A stretch of DNA of 64,000 nt from Candidatus Doudnabacteria bacterium RIFCSPHIGHO2_02_FULL_42_25. GTDB lineage: Bacteria > Patescibacteriota > Doudnabacteria > UBA920 > O2-02-FULL-48-8. The position numbers and the translations under genes were made by a program. The stretch spans positions 213,442 through 277,441 of the forward strand of contig MFEQ01000006.1 in NCBI GenBank assembly GCA_001777665.1. Reading direction: 5' to 3'. Under the pieces are notes generated by a model. That model ran no database searches. It was not told the DNA's origin and saw only the letters and a program-made list of their open reading frames with translations. Each line of letters begins with the position of its first letter. Position 1 is the first letter of the stretch. Positions 18,537-27,086 of the stretch are shown in pieces.

Positions 18537-21500
18537 TTAAGGCTTTACTAGAGTCCAACTGTTAAGCGAGAGATTCTTAACTAAGAAGTCTCCTTGCCAG
18601 TCGGTCGTACCTGTATCGTGAGATAAGGCTGAAGCATCGCTCCAGACGAAGCTATGACCATCGCCTAATGTAGCATCTCCTGAGTTATCATTAGTCAGGA
18701 AAGCGGCAGAAGCTGCGTGAGTAGTGGTGTTCCTCTGAAGGTCAGCTAGGATGTTATCATTGGAAGCCAAAGTCCCACCGACAGTTGCTTTTACTTCATA
18801 GGTCCTAGCACCGCTTATTAGCTCTTCTACATCATCATCGGCTTTAGTTCCGATAGTGATCAATAAGTCACAAGCTGTATCTAGTTCCTCGCAGTTTGTA
18901 GCAGTATCTGTACCAGCACCGTCACCGTCAGCAGAGATAAATGTCTCAACTGCTGTGACCACTGCGCCAGTGTCAGCATTATGGATAGCAACGCTAGCCA
19001 AGGTCGGATCAGTACCAGCGCCATCAGCAGCGCCACCGGTCTTAGCTATCTCTATTAAGACTTCCTTCCAAGCTACTGCGCCGGTACCATTTGAAGATAC
19101 CGTAAACTTGGCAAGGGTCTGCGTGCCTCCGGTCAAAGTTCCAGTCGGCAATTCTACACGAGAGATCAACGGAACAGACTTGTAGGCATACATGGTATTT
19201 CCAGGTCTATCTGTACCATTAGTCGTTACTGCACCTGACGATACCGAAGTGTACTTAACACTATCCAAGGTAGCTGTGATATCGGAATCAGTTGTGCCAG
19301 CGTTTGGACCGATAGTAGCCATGACCAATTCGACGCCTAGGACGATACTACCGTTTGCCGGGACGTTCACTGAAAATCCAGTGAAGAGCATGGAAGTGGC
19401 AGCTGGCATCGTGGCCAATGTCGCTCCAGTTGACGCATTCTTCAAGACGACTTGAGAAACTGCTGTTGCGGTTGCAAGATTGACATCAACTTCGGTCAGG
19501 TTGACTGAATCATAAGTTGAAGCAACTTTGAACCTGGCAACTTCCACGGTCCCTGAATCATCAACCAACATAGAAGCTGCAGATGCAGCATCCAAGGAAG
19601 TGGCAAATGTACCAGCAACCTCGATAATTGTCTGACCATCTTTATCGGCTTCAGAATCAGCTATCCCTGACTGTACAGTTGTCCCTGTCGAAGTCAAGTC
19701 GGTTTTTACTGAATCGTTATCGGTAATGTTTGCAGCAGCACCAATGTCACCGTAAAGCTCAATAGTCAGAGAGCTATTCATCATCAAGGTGTAATTGACT
19801 GACCAATCATTATCAGCGGCGGTTGGAGTAGACTTGATAGAAGTCGTATTCGAACCGTACTTGAGATATAGGTTAGATAGATCAGATTCATTGAAGGTTG
19901 CACCAGTAACTTCATCAATGTCCAATGAGAAGGTGGTGATATTGATGTCTTCGGTTGCAGAGCCGGTTAAGGTCCAAGCACCGAGTTTGTAGTTGGTTTG
20001 AGGAGCGACTGTGGACTGGTTTGGATATGAGGCCAAAGAAGCCAAAGTCGAAGCACCCTCAGCAACTGTCAGTTGGTTTGCAGCAATGTCAGAACCTGTT
20101 GGGACATCGAATGAGCCCAATGATACTTGTCTGGTTGCGTTACTTCCATCGTTATCGATTACGTAAGCCTGAATGGTGTCAGTAGCAACCAATTCAGCGC
20201 CACCTGTCTCTTCATCATAGATATCAGAGTACAGTTCGACTGTTGCCGGTGTACCTGGATTGACGATGAAGTTGGTGGTGAAGTTGGCGGCAGTAGCAGC
20301 AGCGCCAGCGGCAACCAAGCCTTTGGTTGAGCCGACTTGTCCACCATTGACGAAGAGCTTACCGTTGCGGAGCGTATATTCGCTATCAGTACCCGAGGTG
20401 TCGATGGCGACATCGAGGTTTTCAACCTTAATTGGTTCACCATACGCGGTAAAGGTCCATTTGCCAAGTTTTACGGACGAGGCATTGTTGGTCACATTTC
20501 CTGCTGGTGAATCAGTGGTCTTGGTTACAGTCATAGTACCGTTGTTGATAGCAACACCGTCTGAATCAGCTGGGAAGGTTCCGGTTGCACCAACGTTGAC
20601 GAGGTATTGTGAATCCACGACATCAACATCGGCTTTGTTGCGGAGCGACATCTCGAGTGTTCGAGAGGAACCGCCAATAACATCAGCAATCACTTTGATA
20701 ACCGGCGAACCAGTCTTTAGTAATTTGCTGAAACCAGAGAAGGTCACATAACCGTTAGCATCAATGTTTTGAGTTGATGCAACTTGGACACCATCAACTA
20801 ACACTCGGAAGTTCTTTACGTCGCTGTTCACGATGTTGTTGATTTGGCGCAAAGCCAATCTGGACATTGTTACATCGCGGACTCCAACTGTGAAGGTTGA
20901 TTGCCAGACAGTAATGTCAGTGCCTGGATCAGAAGCACCAGCATCAGTAGGAGCGCCTACTGCTACTGTAGCTAATTCAGCAGCTGCAGAATTGTGGAGA
21001 TTACCAACGACTGGGAGTCCACCTACGGTACCCGATGAAAGGGCAACTGCAGTTAGATTAACTCCAAGTGTTTGACCTGAGTAAGATCCATCGTCAAGAT
21101 CAGCTCGAGCAGTAATGGTTCGAGAACCTGAGACTGTGAAGAGTCCAGATGGGTTAGCAAAGGTTAAATTGTTGGAAGAGAAGGTACCAGCATCAGTCAA
21201 TCGAGTCGCACCGTCAAAGAGATAGAGGTTTGAGACCATAGCATCAGTCGAAACACCAGTTCTCATCAAGGTGAGAGACGTAACTGTGCCTGAACCTGTA
21301 AACACGAAGTTAGCTAATGGAGCAATAGATTGTGAGTAATTACCCGCACCACCATCAGTTGAATCAATAATTAATGTTGATGAAGCAGGACCAGCTAAGG
21401 AAACATTAAGAGAACCTGAAACTGGAGGAGGAGTTGTTCCACCGCCGGTGCAGGCTGCGCGCATGGAAACTGCACCTTGATCGGCCATAGCCAAATCATA

Positions 21501-22109
21501 GGAGTTAGCTCCCACGACTTTTTCAAAACCAATACCGTAAGAAGTGAATACTGCGCCTGATGGGTAACCCATTCGGCCAGTAGCGGTCATGAGCCAAACG
21601 GCTCCGCCGGTGATAACTCGAGTTCCAGCTGGGTGAGCGATAGCGCTCGAATCAATGTTGGAACCGGTTGGAAGATCAGAGAAGGTGTTTACTGGAGCGA
21701 CTTGGATGTTTGAGAAACTGTATCCGAGTCCGGTAAAGACACTACCAGTTGTAAATCCTCTCTTTTGTCCGTTGGCTACGAGGTAGACCAAAGGATCGTT
21801 TGGACCCATTACGAGGGTGCCATCAGCGTAGGTCATAATTGGTCCTACTGGCAAAGCTACGTCTTCAGCTGTGGCTGCAACAACTTGTCCGAAGTTGTAA
21901 CCATGGCTCATAAAGACTTCAGCTGACGTGAATCCACGTCGTGTACCGCCGGTGATCATCCAGACGATACCGCCAGAGAGTACCAAACAACCATCGCTAT
22001 GAACAGCAGCGGAAGCGAGTTGTGGCAAGGCACCAGAGGCAGCCCAGAGTAAACTGGAAGCAGCCAAACCGGAAGCCACGGCTTTCCGTGCTTTTAAAGA
22101 TAATTGCAT
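18537..22109 (-). CDS. large secreted surface protein (1190 aa), Thr/Ser/Gly/Ala-rich with probable Ig-like/beta-rich repeats; triplicated approx 50-aa N-terminal repeat
   Basis: Signal peptide MQLSLKARKAVASGLAASSLLWAASGALPQLASA. Three repeats of the G..W..T.G.RRGF..S..VF...GY.F type. Low-complexity T/S/G/A-rich body. Confidence 0.6.
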   Translation of the reverse strand: MQLSLKARKAVASGLAASSLLWAASGALPQLASAAVHSDGCLVLSGGIVWMITGGTRRGFTSAEVFMSHGYNFGQVVAATAEDVALPVGPIMTYADGTLVMGPNDPLVYLVANGQKRGFTTGSVFTGLGYSFSNIQVAPVNTFSDLPTGSNIDSSAIAHPAGTRVITGGAVWLMTATGRMGYPSGAVFTSYGIGFEKVVGANSYDLAMADQGAVSMRAACTGGGTTPPPVSGSLNVSLAGPASSTLIIDSTDGGAGNYSQSIAPLANFVFTGSGTVTSLTLMRTGVSTDAMVSNLYLFDGATRLTDAGTFSSNNLTFANPSGLFTVSGSRTITARADLDDGSYSGQTLGVNLTAVALSSGTVGGLPVVGNLHNSAAAELATVAVGAPTDAGASDPGTDITVWQSTFTVGVRDVTMSRLALRQINNIVNSDVKNFRVLVDGVQVASTQNIDANGYVTFSGFSKLLKTGSPVIKVIADVIGGSSRTLEMSLRNKADVDVVDSQYLVNVGATGTFPADSDGVAINNGTMTVTKTTDSPAGNVTNNASSVKLGKWTFTAYGEPIKVENLDVAIDTSGTDSEYTLRNGKLFVNGGQVGSTKGLVAAGAAATAANFTTNFIVNPGTPATVELYSDIYDEETGGAELVATDTIQAYVIDNDGSNATRQVSLGSFDVPTGSDIAANQLTVAEGASTLASLASYPNQSTVAPQTNYKLGAWTLTGSATEDINITTFSLDIDEVTGATFNESDLSNLYLKYGSNTTSIKSTPTAADNDWSVNYTLMMNSSLTIELYGDIGAAANITDNDSVKTDLTSTGTTVQSGIADSEADKDGQTIIEVAGTFATSLDAASAASMLVDDSGTVEVARFKVASTYDSVNLTEVDVNLATATAVSQVVLKNASTGATLATMPAATSMLFTGFSVNVPANGSIVLGVELVMATIGPNAGTTDSDITATLDSVKYTSVSSGAVTTNGTDRPGNTMYAYKSVPLISRVELPTGTLTGGTQTLAKFTVSSNGTGAVAWKEVLIEIAKTGGAADGAGTDPTLASVAIHNADTGAVVTAVETFISADGDGAGTDTATNCEELDTACDLLITIGTKADDDVEELISGARTYEVKATVGGTLASNDNILADLQRNTTTHAASAAFLTNDNSGDATLGDGHSFVWSDASALSHDTGTTDWQGDFLVKNLSLNSWTLVKP

Positions 22110-22558
22110 TGTATTCTCCTGTTTATAGCAAAGCTTCGCGGAAAGGATTAATTATTCATATGAGACAATCAATCTTATTCCGGAACAATCCTATAAACAT
22201 TGTTTAATTTTTGGAACTAAGCATTAACAGACAAAAAAACTAAGATCGACCAGCAAAAAGCTCAAAGCTATTTGCCAAGACTTAATTCCAATTTATAAGA
22301 CGACCGCCTAATGGGTATGTTACAACCCATTAAACCCTCATTAAAATACTGTGGACGAATCAATAACAACCCCAAATTAAAACTCCCACAACTTAAGTTT
22401 TGTGGAGGTCACTAAGGATTAATAATTTCTTTGTTCACGAAGGATTTCATTGAGTAACAGCATTATGGAGTAACTTTATGTTTTTGTCAAGCTAAAAAAT
22501 AACTAATTTTATTGTATATAAACTTGAACCTGCTTATATAGTATGATATGATAGTTAT

Positions 22559-23323
22559 ATGACCAACAGCAATTTAAAACTTAAAGCAATAAATTTGAGG
22601 CAGGAAGGTTGGTCCTATAATATGATTTCTGAAAAAATAGGAGTAGCTAAAAGTACCCTTAGTAATTGGCTAGCGGAAATACCCTATAACCCCAGCGCAG
22701 AAGCAATCAAAAGAATTAAACAAGGACCTGCCAAATCTGCTGTTTTGAGACACAATATAAAGCTCCAAAACATAAAAGATATAAAAGCTCAGGCAGCTGC
22801 AGAATTAAAAAAAATTACTAAACGCGATCTTTGGATGATGGGGATTGGGTTATATATCGGTGAAGGATCTAAGGTTCATGAATATACAAGAATCGTGAAT
22901 TCTGATCCGAACATTGTTAAGCTTGCAATTAGATGGTTCCGGGAAATTTGTAAAGTACCATTAAAAAATTTTTTACTAACTGTCCATATTTATCCCAATA
23001 TTTCCGTATTGGAAGCAGTTGACTACTGGTCAACAACAACAGGTGTTCCTAAACACCAATTCGGGCAAACGCAAATCGACAAAAGGTTAAATAAAACAGC
23101 AAAAAAACAGAATCTGTTGCCTTTTGGCACAATTCATATTAGTATTAGAAGCTGTGGAGACCCTAATTTCGGTGTTGCTCTCCACAGAAAGATTATGGGC
23201 TGGATTGAAGCAGCTTATCAAGTGCGCGGGCATCGTATAGTGGCAATACCTCAGGTTTCCAACCTGATGCCGGGAGTTCGATTCTCCCTGCCCGCTCCAG
23301 AAAAGCAAAGAAGATTATTTTAA
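22559..23323 (+). CDS. HTH-domain protein with LAGLIDADG-like motif (putative homing-endonuclease-like); 3' end reads through tRNA-Gly
   Basis: N-terminal HTH GWSYNMISEKIGVAKSTLSNWL. The motif LWMMGIGLYIGEGSK resembles LAGLIDADG. The last approx 30 codons are the tRNA-Gly sequence. Confidence 0.4.
   Translation: MTNSNLKLKAINLRQEGWSYNMISEKIGVAKSTLSNWLAEIPYNPSAEAIKRIKQGPAKSAVLRHNIKLQNIKDIKAQAAAELKKITKRDLWMMGIGLYIGEGSKVHEYTRIVNSDPNIVKLAIRWFREICKVPLKNFLLTVHIYPNISVLEAVDYWSTTTGVPKHQFGQTQIDKRLNKTAKKQNLLPFGTIHISIRSCGDPNFGVALHRKIMGWIEAAYQVRGHRIVAIPQVSNLMPGVRFSLPAPEKQRRLF
23226..23299 (+). tRNA. tRNA-Gly (anticodon UCC)
   Basis: Manual fold: acceptor GCGGGCA/TGCCCGC, D-arm GTAT-AGTGGCA-ATAC, anticodon stem TCAGG/CCTGA with loop TTTCCAA, T-arm GGGAG-TTCGATT-CTCCC, discriminator U, CCA encoded. 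Confidence 0.85.
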
Positions 23324-23339
23324 AGCCCCTGAGGGCTTT

Positions 23340-23930
23340 TTAGTTACCCACAAGTTTTCCAGAGGCAAAAACTTCGATCAAAGCGGCGATGAAAAGTACT
23401 AATGCTATCGCCGGAAGACAAACGATCGCGCGAATTAAATTATTTTTCAGGACCTCTCCCCTATGGCCTTTTGATTCTTGCCGTAACCATTCGGTTCCGA
23501 ACCGAAGACCGAGGGCGGCGGCAATCAAAACCGCTGGCAACTCAAAAATTCCATGCGGAACTAACCCAGTGACGATAATCAGCACTCCGGAAAGAACATT
23601 TGTCAGGGAAAACATGGAAACAATCACAAAGCCAATCAAAAAACCATTCACAACCACTACCACGAATGGCCCCAAGCCCAAAATCAACCCCCCAAACAAA
23701 GCGATTAAAGACGCGATAATGTTTTGGGAAAATATTTGGAGAGCAAAAGCAAAATTCAAATCTGGATTCTCACCAAACCTATCAGCGAACTCCTTTAGTA
23801 TCACCTGCAATAAGTCGGGTTTGATAAAAAAAGTGATACCACCAAAAATCGCCGCTAATAAAAACCAGTTAGTAACTAGTTTCAACCAGTGGCGATTTTC
23901 GGAAAACAAATTGCGATAAAATTGTATCAT
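23340..23930 (-). CDS. SpoIIM/DUF95-family membrane protein
   Basis: Motif IFSQNIIASLIALFGGLILGLGPFVVVVVNGFLIG typical of the stage II sporulation protein M family. Multi-TM. Confidence 0.55.
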   Translation of the reverse strand: MIQFYRNLFSENRHWLKLVTNWFLLAAIFGGITFFIKPDLLQVILKEFADRFGENPDLNFAFALQIFSQNIIASLIALFGGLILGLGPFVVVVVNGFLIGFVIVSMFSLTNVLSGVLIIVTGLVPHGIFELPAVLIAAALGLRFGTEWLRQESKGHRGEVLKNNLIRAIVCLPAIALVLFIAALIEVFASGKLVGN

Positions 23931-23940
23931 TTATATTGCT

Positions 23941-24066
23941 AGCGAGGATTAAATTTTTGGACGCTTTGCGTATTTCTTCAGAAATCGCAACGCGAGTAAA
24001 AATCTACTTTCAAGTACATAACAAACTGCAGATTTTTAAGTTCACAAAAATTTCAATCCGAGCGTT
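23941..24066. repeat. approx 126-bp direct repeat copy A (about 90% identical to 32206..32331), immediately 3' of tRNA-Pro; contains imperfect palindrome TTGCGTATTTC-N3-GAAATCGCAA
   Basis: Long near-identical block, with a 60-bp core ggacgctttgcgtatttc...caaactgcagattttta that is identical in both copies. Confidence 0.8.
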
Positions 24067-24069
24067 TCC

Positions 24070-24143
24070 TGGTCGGGGTGCTGGGAATTGAACCCAGTCT
24101 ATCTGCTCCCAAAGCAGACGTACTACCGGTATACTACACCCCG
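24070..24143 (-). tRNA. tRNA-Pro (anticodon UGG)
   Basis: Manual fold of the reverse complement: acceptor CGGGGTG/CACCCCG, anticodon stem TCTGC/GCAGA with loop TTTGGGA (G37), T-arm CTGGG-TTCAATT-CCCAG, discriminator A, CCA encoded. Confidence 0.85.
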
Positions 24144-24225
24144 TCGTATAAATTCACTTTGGCATTATATTCGAATTTCACTTAGAACTCAAGTATCCAG
24201 TTCTGTCCATACTAAAAAATTAGTA

Positions 24226-24256
24226 AAAAATGTGTAATTACACATTTTTTACGACT
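24226..24256. repeat. palindrome AAAAATGTGTAATTACACATTTTT plus TACGACT; downstream copy of the 24-bp direct repeat flanking the PaaX_C-like gene (other copy 24948..24971)
   Basis: Perfect 24-bp palindrome. The 24-mer tgtaattacacattttttacgact is identical at both gene ends. Confidence 0.8.
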
Positions 24257-24932
24257 AGATAATACTCTTATCTTTGAAGAATTGGTTGAGCTTTTCTTCA
24301 TCATCAGCATCTAATTTGGCAGCTTCGGCTACTGTCACAAAGTTTTCGATTTCATAATACACTGCGACGAACTCAATCTGATCAGTTGGTTTATAGGGAT
24401 AAACCCAAACTGTCCTTTGCAGCGGATAAAAATTCATTAACTTAAGCTTTTCTCGAAATAAATCTGCCCGTCTCCGATAAGGATTTGAAGGAATATCAGC
24501 CAGTACAAACCACCAATGCTTGCGCAAACGCGAGGTTTGCGGGATAGTTAGATTTTCAAAATTTAATCGTCTTACTTTATCCTCTCCTTTTTTCGTAATC
24601 TTCATAACATAGTCCTCCCCTTCTCTCATCAATTGAATATAACCATATCTTTTCAAATAATAAAAAGACTTAACAATATCCTTTTGACGTTTTTCAAATC
24701 GCTGTTTCCTGTCATAGCCGCTATAACCATAACGTTGGATTTTTCCTAACGCACTTAGTAGATTAGGGGCGATGACTGCTATAGCTACTGTTCCGGCGAG
24801 AATACCTGTCGCGAGCACAACCTCTGCCGCAGTTTTCAACATCGCTACTTGCTGATCGCTAAGCTTGGGTTTCTTGGAGGCAGTGCTCTTTCGTATCAAC
24901 TGCGATATATTTATATCCTGCTTAATTCGCAT
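24255..24932 (-). CDS. membrane-anchored PaaX_C/Cas2-fold domain protein (paralog 1 of 3), putative regulator
   Basis: N-terminal TM helix, basic wHTH-like middle region, C-terminal RKHWWFVLADIPS...FREKL...FYPLQRTVWVYPY matching the PaaX C-terminal/Cas2-like signature. 60% identical to 56669..57346. Confidence 0.5.
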   Translation of the reverse strand: MRIKQDINISQLIRKSTASKKPKLSDQQVAMLKTAAEVVLATGILAGTVAIAVIAPNLLSALGKIQRYGYSGYDRKQRFEKRQKDIVKSFYYLKRYGYIQLMREGEDYVMKITKKGEDKVRRLNFENLTIPQTSRLRKHWWFVLADIPSNPYRRRADLFREKLKLMNFYPLQRTVWVYPYKPTDQIEFVAVYYEIENFVTVAEAAKLDADDEEKLNQFFKDKSII

Positions 24933-24947
24933 TATTCGTATCTTGGA

Positions 24948-24971
24948 TGTAATTACACATTTTTTACGACT
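24948..24971. repeat. upstream copy of the 24-bp repeat (TGTAATTACA core) flanking the PaaX_C-like gene
   Basis: Identical 24-mer to 24233..24256. Confidence 0.8.
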
Positions 24972-25001
24972 AAAAAGTTATTACTTGATAATTTATTTGA
25001 A

Positions 25002-25289
25002 CTACTTGTTCGTTCGGACTGCGTCTTTCAGGTTTTTGCCGGCGCGGAATTTTGGGACTCGAGTGGCAGGGATTTGGATTTTTTCTCCCGGATTTTGGGG
25101 ATTGACTCCCATGCGTGATGATCGATCCATCACGACGAAAGATCCAAACCCCGAAATATTGACCTCCTGGCCATTTTTCAATGATTCTGTGATGACATCA
25201 ACGAAACCATGCAGAATTTTTTCTGCTTCTTGTTTATTCGTTAAATTTAACTTTGCCGCCAGCGCATCTATTAGTTCTTGCTTGTTCAT
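25002..25289 (-). CDS. HU/IHF-family DNA-binding protein
   Basis: MNKQELIDALA...GFGSFVVMDRSSRMGVNPQNPGEKIQIPATRVPKFRAGKNLKD is the HU signature. RBS AAGGAG. The start codon overlaps the upstream stop as ATGA. Confidence 0.8.
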   Translation of the reverse strand: MNKQELIDALAAKLNLTNKQEAEKILHGFVDVITESLKNGQEVNISGFGSFVVMDRSSRMGVNPQNPGEKIQIPATRVPKFRAGKNLKDAVRTNK

Positions 25290-26983
25290 TTTAGCAACTC
25301 CTTTCGGTTCATTAATCTGATTAAAATATAGCAAATTATTGCACCTAAGACAAAACCCACGGCAAACCATGGCCAGATGGGATTTTGTTTGGTAATAACC
25401 AGAGGTGTTGGATTTGATTCCTGCACTGCTGCCACTATCCCACTACTGATCTCTGGTTGAGATTCTGTAATTTCTTCTTCTATTGCTGGAATATCCAAAT
25501 ACTCTTCTTCAGCAGCTTCTTCTTCCACCTCCACGATCTCGACTTTTTCAGCAATTTGATTGTCCTGACCTGGTGTCGCCATGATAGACCATTCAAACTC
25601 ATCATCTGTTCTGCTATATGATTGCGCTTTTGGCGCATCTTCGTATTTGACCAGATCCACTATTTCCCCGTTGGGATTGATCAGAGATACTTTCTCCTCG
25701 CCATAATTGTTGAGCGCGATTTTACTTTCAGACTTCAAGATAAAAATATATCCGTGCGGTAAAATTAAAAGTTCAGGCAATTTATATTTCCGGCTACTAT
25801 CCGCTATCACCCAATCTTTAAGAACGACTTCGGCATCGGAATCATTATGCAATTCGATAAACTCCTCTTCTCCCTTCGCAGGAGAAGGATATATTTCGCT
25901 GATTCGGATGTCTTCGCTATAAGTTTCTACAGGTTCTTCCTCGAGATTTAAACCCACGACTTGACCCTCACTAGCATCTGTATAATTAAACGAGTCAATC
26001 ATGATTCGATTAGAGTCAAACAATCGGATGGTTTCTTCACCACTGTTATTCAGAGCAAATTTGCCAGTCGGAATCAAAATCTGGACTGAAACTTGTGCGG
26101 CTAAAATTTGTGCTGGCAGTTTATAATGATTTTTCCCAATCTCGGTATCTATCTCACCATCATCCAAAATCGAATTCATCAGGTCAATCGTCTGGTTGGT
26201 GGTATTGGTTAACTCGACCCACTCGTATCCAGAATCAGATCCTTTTGGGTTTGGTAATGCCTGGGTAATTTTGATAGCACCTGGAACGATAATCACAGGC
26301 GATGCTACCGGTCCTCCTCCGCTCTGAGTCGGAGTTGGCGGAGGAGGTGAAGGTAGAGGTGTCGGCTCTGGATCAGGTTCTTCCACTGGCGGTGGTAGAG
26401 GTTGGGGTGGCGGAGTCGTACTCGGAACAGTTAGAGTATTGCGAGGATTAGGGGTACTAATTATAAAATCCGCAGCATTGTTATCAGTGTCTTCGTTGCG
26501 AATCAGAACTTCGCCCATAGCTGGATTGATCGGAAATACGGAACCTTCAACGAATGCATTCGAAGCCGATCCCCAACCCACACTATCAACAATTGTCCCG
26601 GTATCGTTGCTTCCCAGACGAAGCGCTATGCCATTATTATCCGCAATCGAGGCCGAAGTTGTCGCATCAGGAACTATTCCAATATCTACAAAATCTGCAT
26701 TCGCCCAAAGATAGTAGCCACCCGCGGGCACAATCGCAGATTCAGTCCAGGATTTGATAGATGTGTCCGAAGTTCCCGTCTCTGTGCGTTTGACCAGCCT
26801 CATACCCATCAAATCAATATCGCTCCCGGTGGGATTATGAATTTCGATAAAATCGTTAGTTGTTTTCCCCGCCCCACCTGTTGTTTGGACCTGACTGATC
26901 ACCAAATGGTCGACAGTGACAGCAGAAGCAGTTCTCGGAAACAAAAAAGTAAAAGCCCCGATCAATAAAATTATTTTTTTCAT
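25286..26983 (-). CDS. lamin-tail-domain (LTD) surface protein with signal peptide and C-terminal TM anchor
   Basis: Three LTD-like modules (NDFIEIHNPTGSDIDLMGMRL, YEWVELTNTTNQTIDL, EEFIELHNDSDAEVVLKDW). Pro-rich linker. C-terminal helix IWPWFAVGFVLGAIICYILI. Confidence 0.6.
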   Translation of the reverse strand: MKKIILLIGAFTFLFPRTASAVTVDHLVISQVQTTGGAGKTTNDFIEIHNPTGSDIDLMGMRLVKRTETGTSDTSIKSWTESAIVPAGGYYLWANADFVDIGIVPDATTSASIADNNGIALRLGSNDTGTIVDSVGWGSASNAFVEGSVFPINPAMGEVLIRNEDTDNNAADFIISTPNPRNTLTVPSTTPPPQPLPPPVEEPDPEPTPLPSPPPPTPTQSGGGPVASPVIIVPGAIKITQALPNPKGSDSGYEWVELTNTTNQTIDLMNSILDDGEIDTEIGKNHYKLPAQILAAQVSVQILIPTGKFALNNSGEETIRLFDSNRIMIDSFNYTDASEGQVVGLNLEEEPVETYSEDIRISEIYPSPAKGEEEFIELHNDSDAEVVLKDWVIADSSRKYKLPELLILPHGYIFILKSESKIALNNYGEEKVSLINPNGEIVDLVKYEDAPKAQSYSRTDDEFEWSIMATPGQDNQIAEKVEIVEVEEEAAEEEYLDIPAIEEEITESQPEISSGIVAAVQESNPTPLVITKQNPIWPWFAVGFVLGAIICYILIRLMNRKELLK

Positions 26984-26987
26984 GCCC

Positions 26988-27027
26988 TAACGCTAGCATT
27001 GGACAACTTGTTGTCAACATTAAACGC
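26988..27027 (-). promoter_or_regulatory. second copy of the conserved promoter-like element (TTGACA-N16/17-TAGCGT) upstream of the LTD protein gene
   Basis: ctaacgctagcattg...ttgttgtcaa block shared with 16823..16863. Confidence 0.5.
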
Positions 27028-27086
27028 ATAAAGACAAATTAAAAACAGCCGAAAATTTAAGGCTGTTATATCTAGCTGACAAAATT

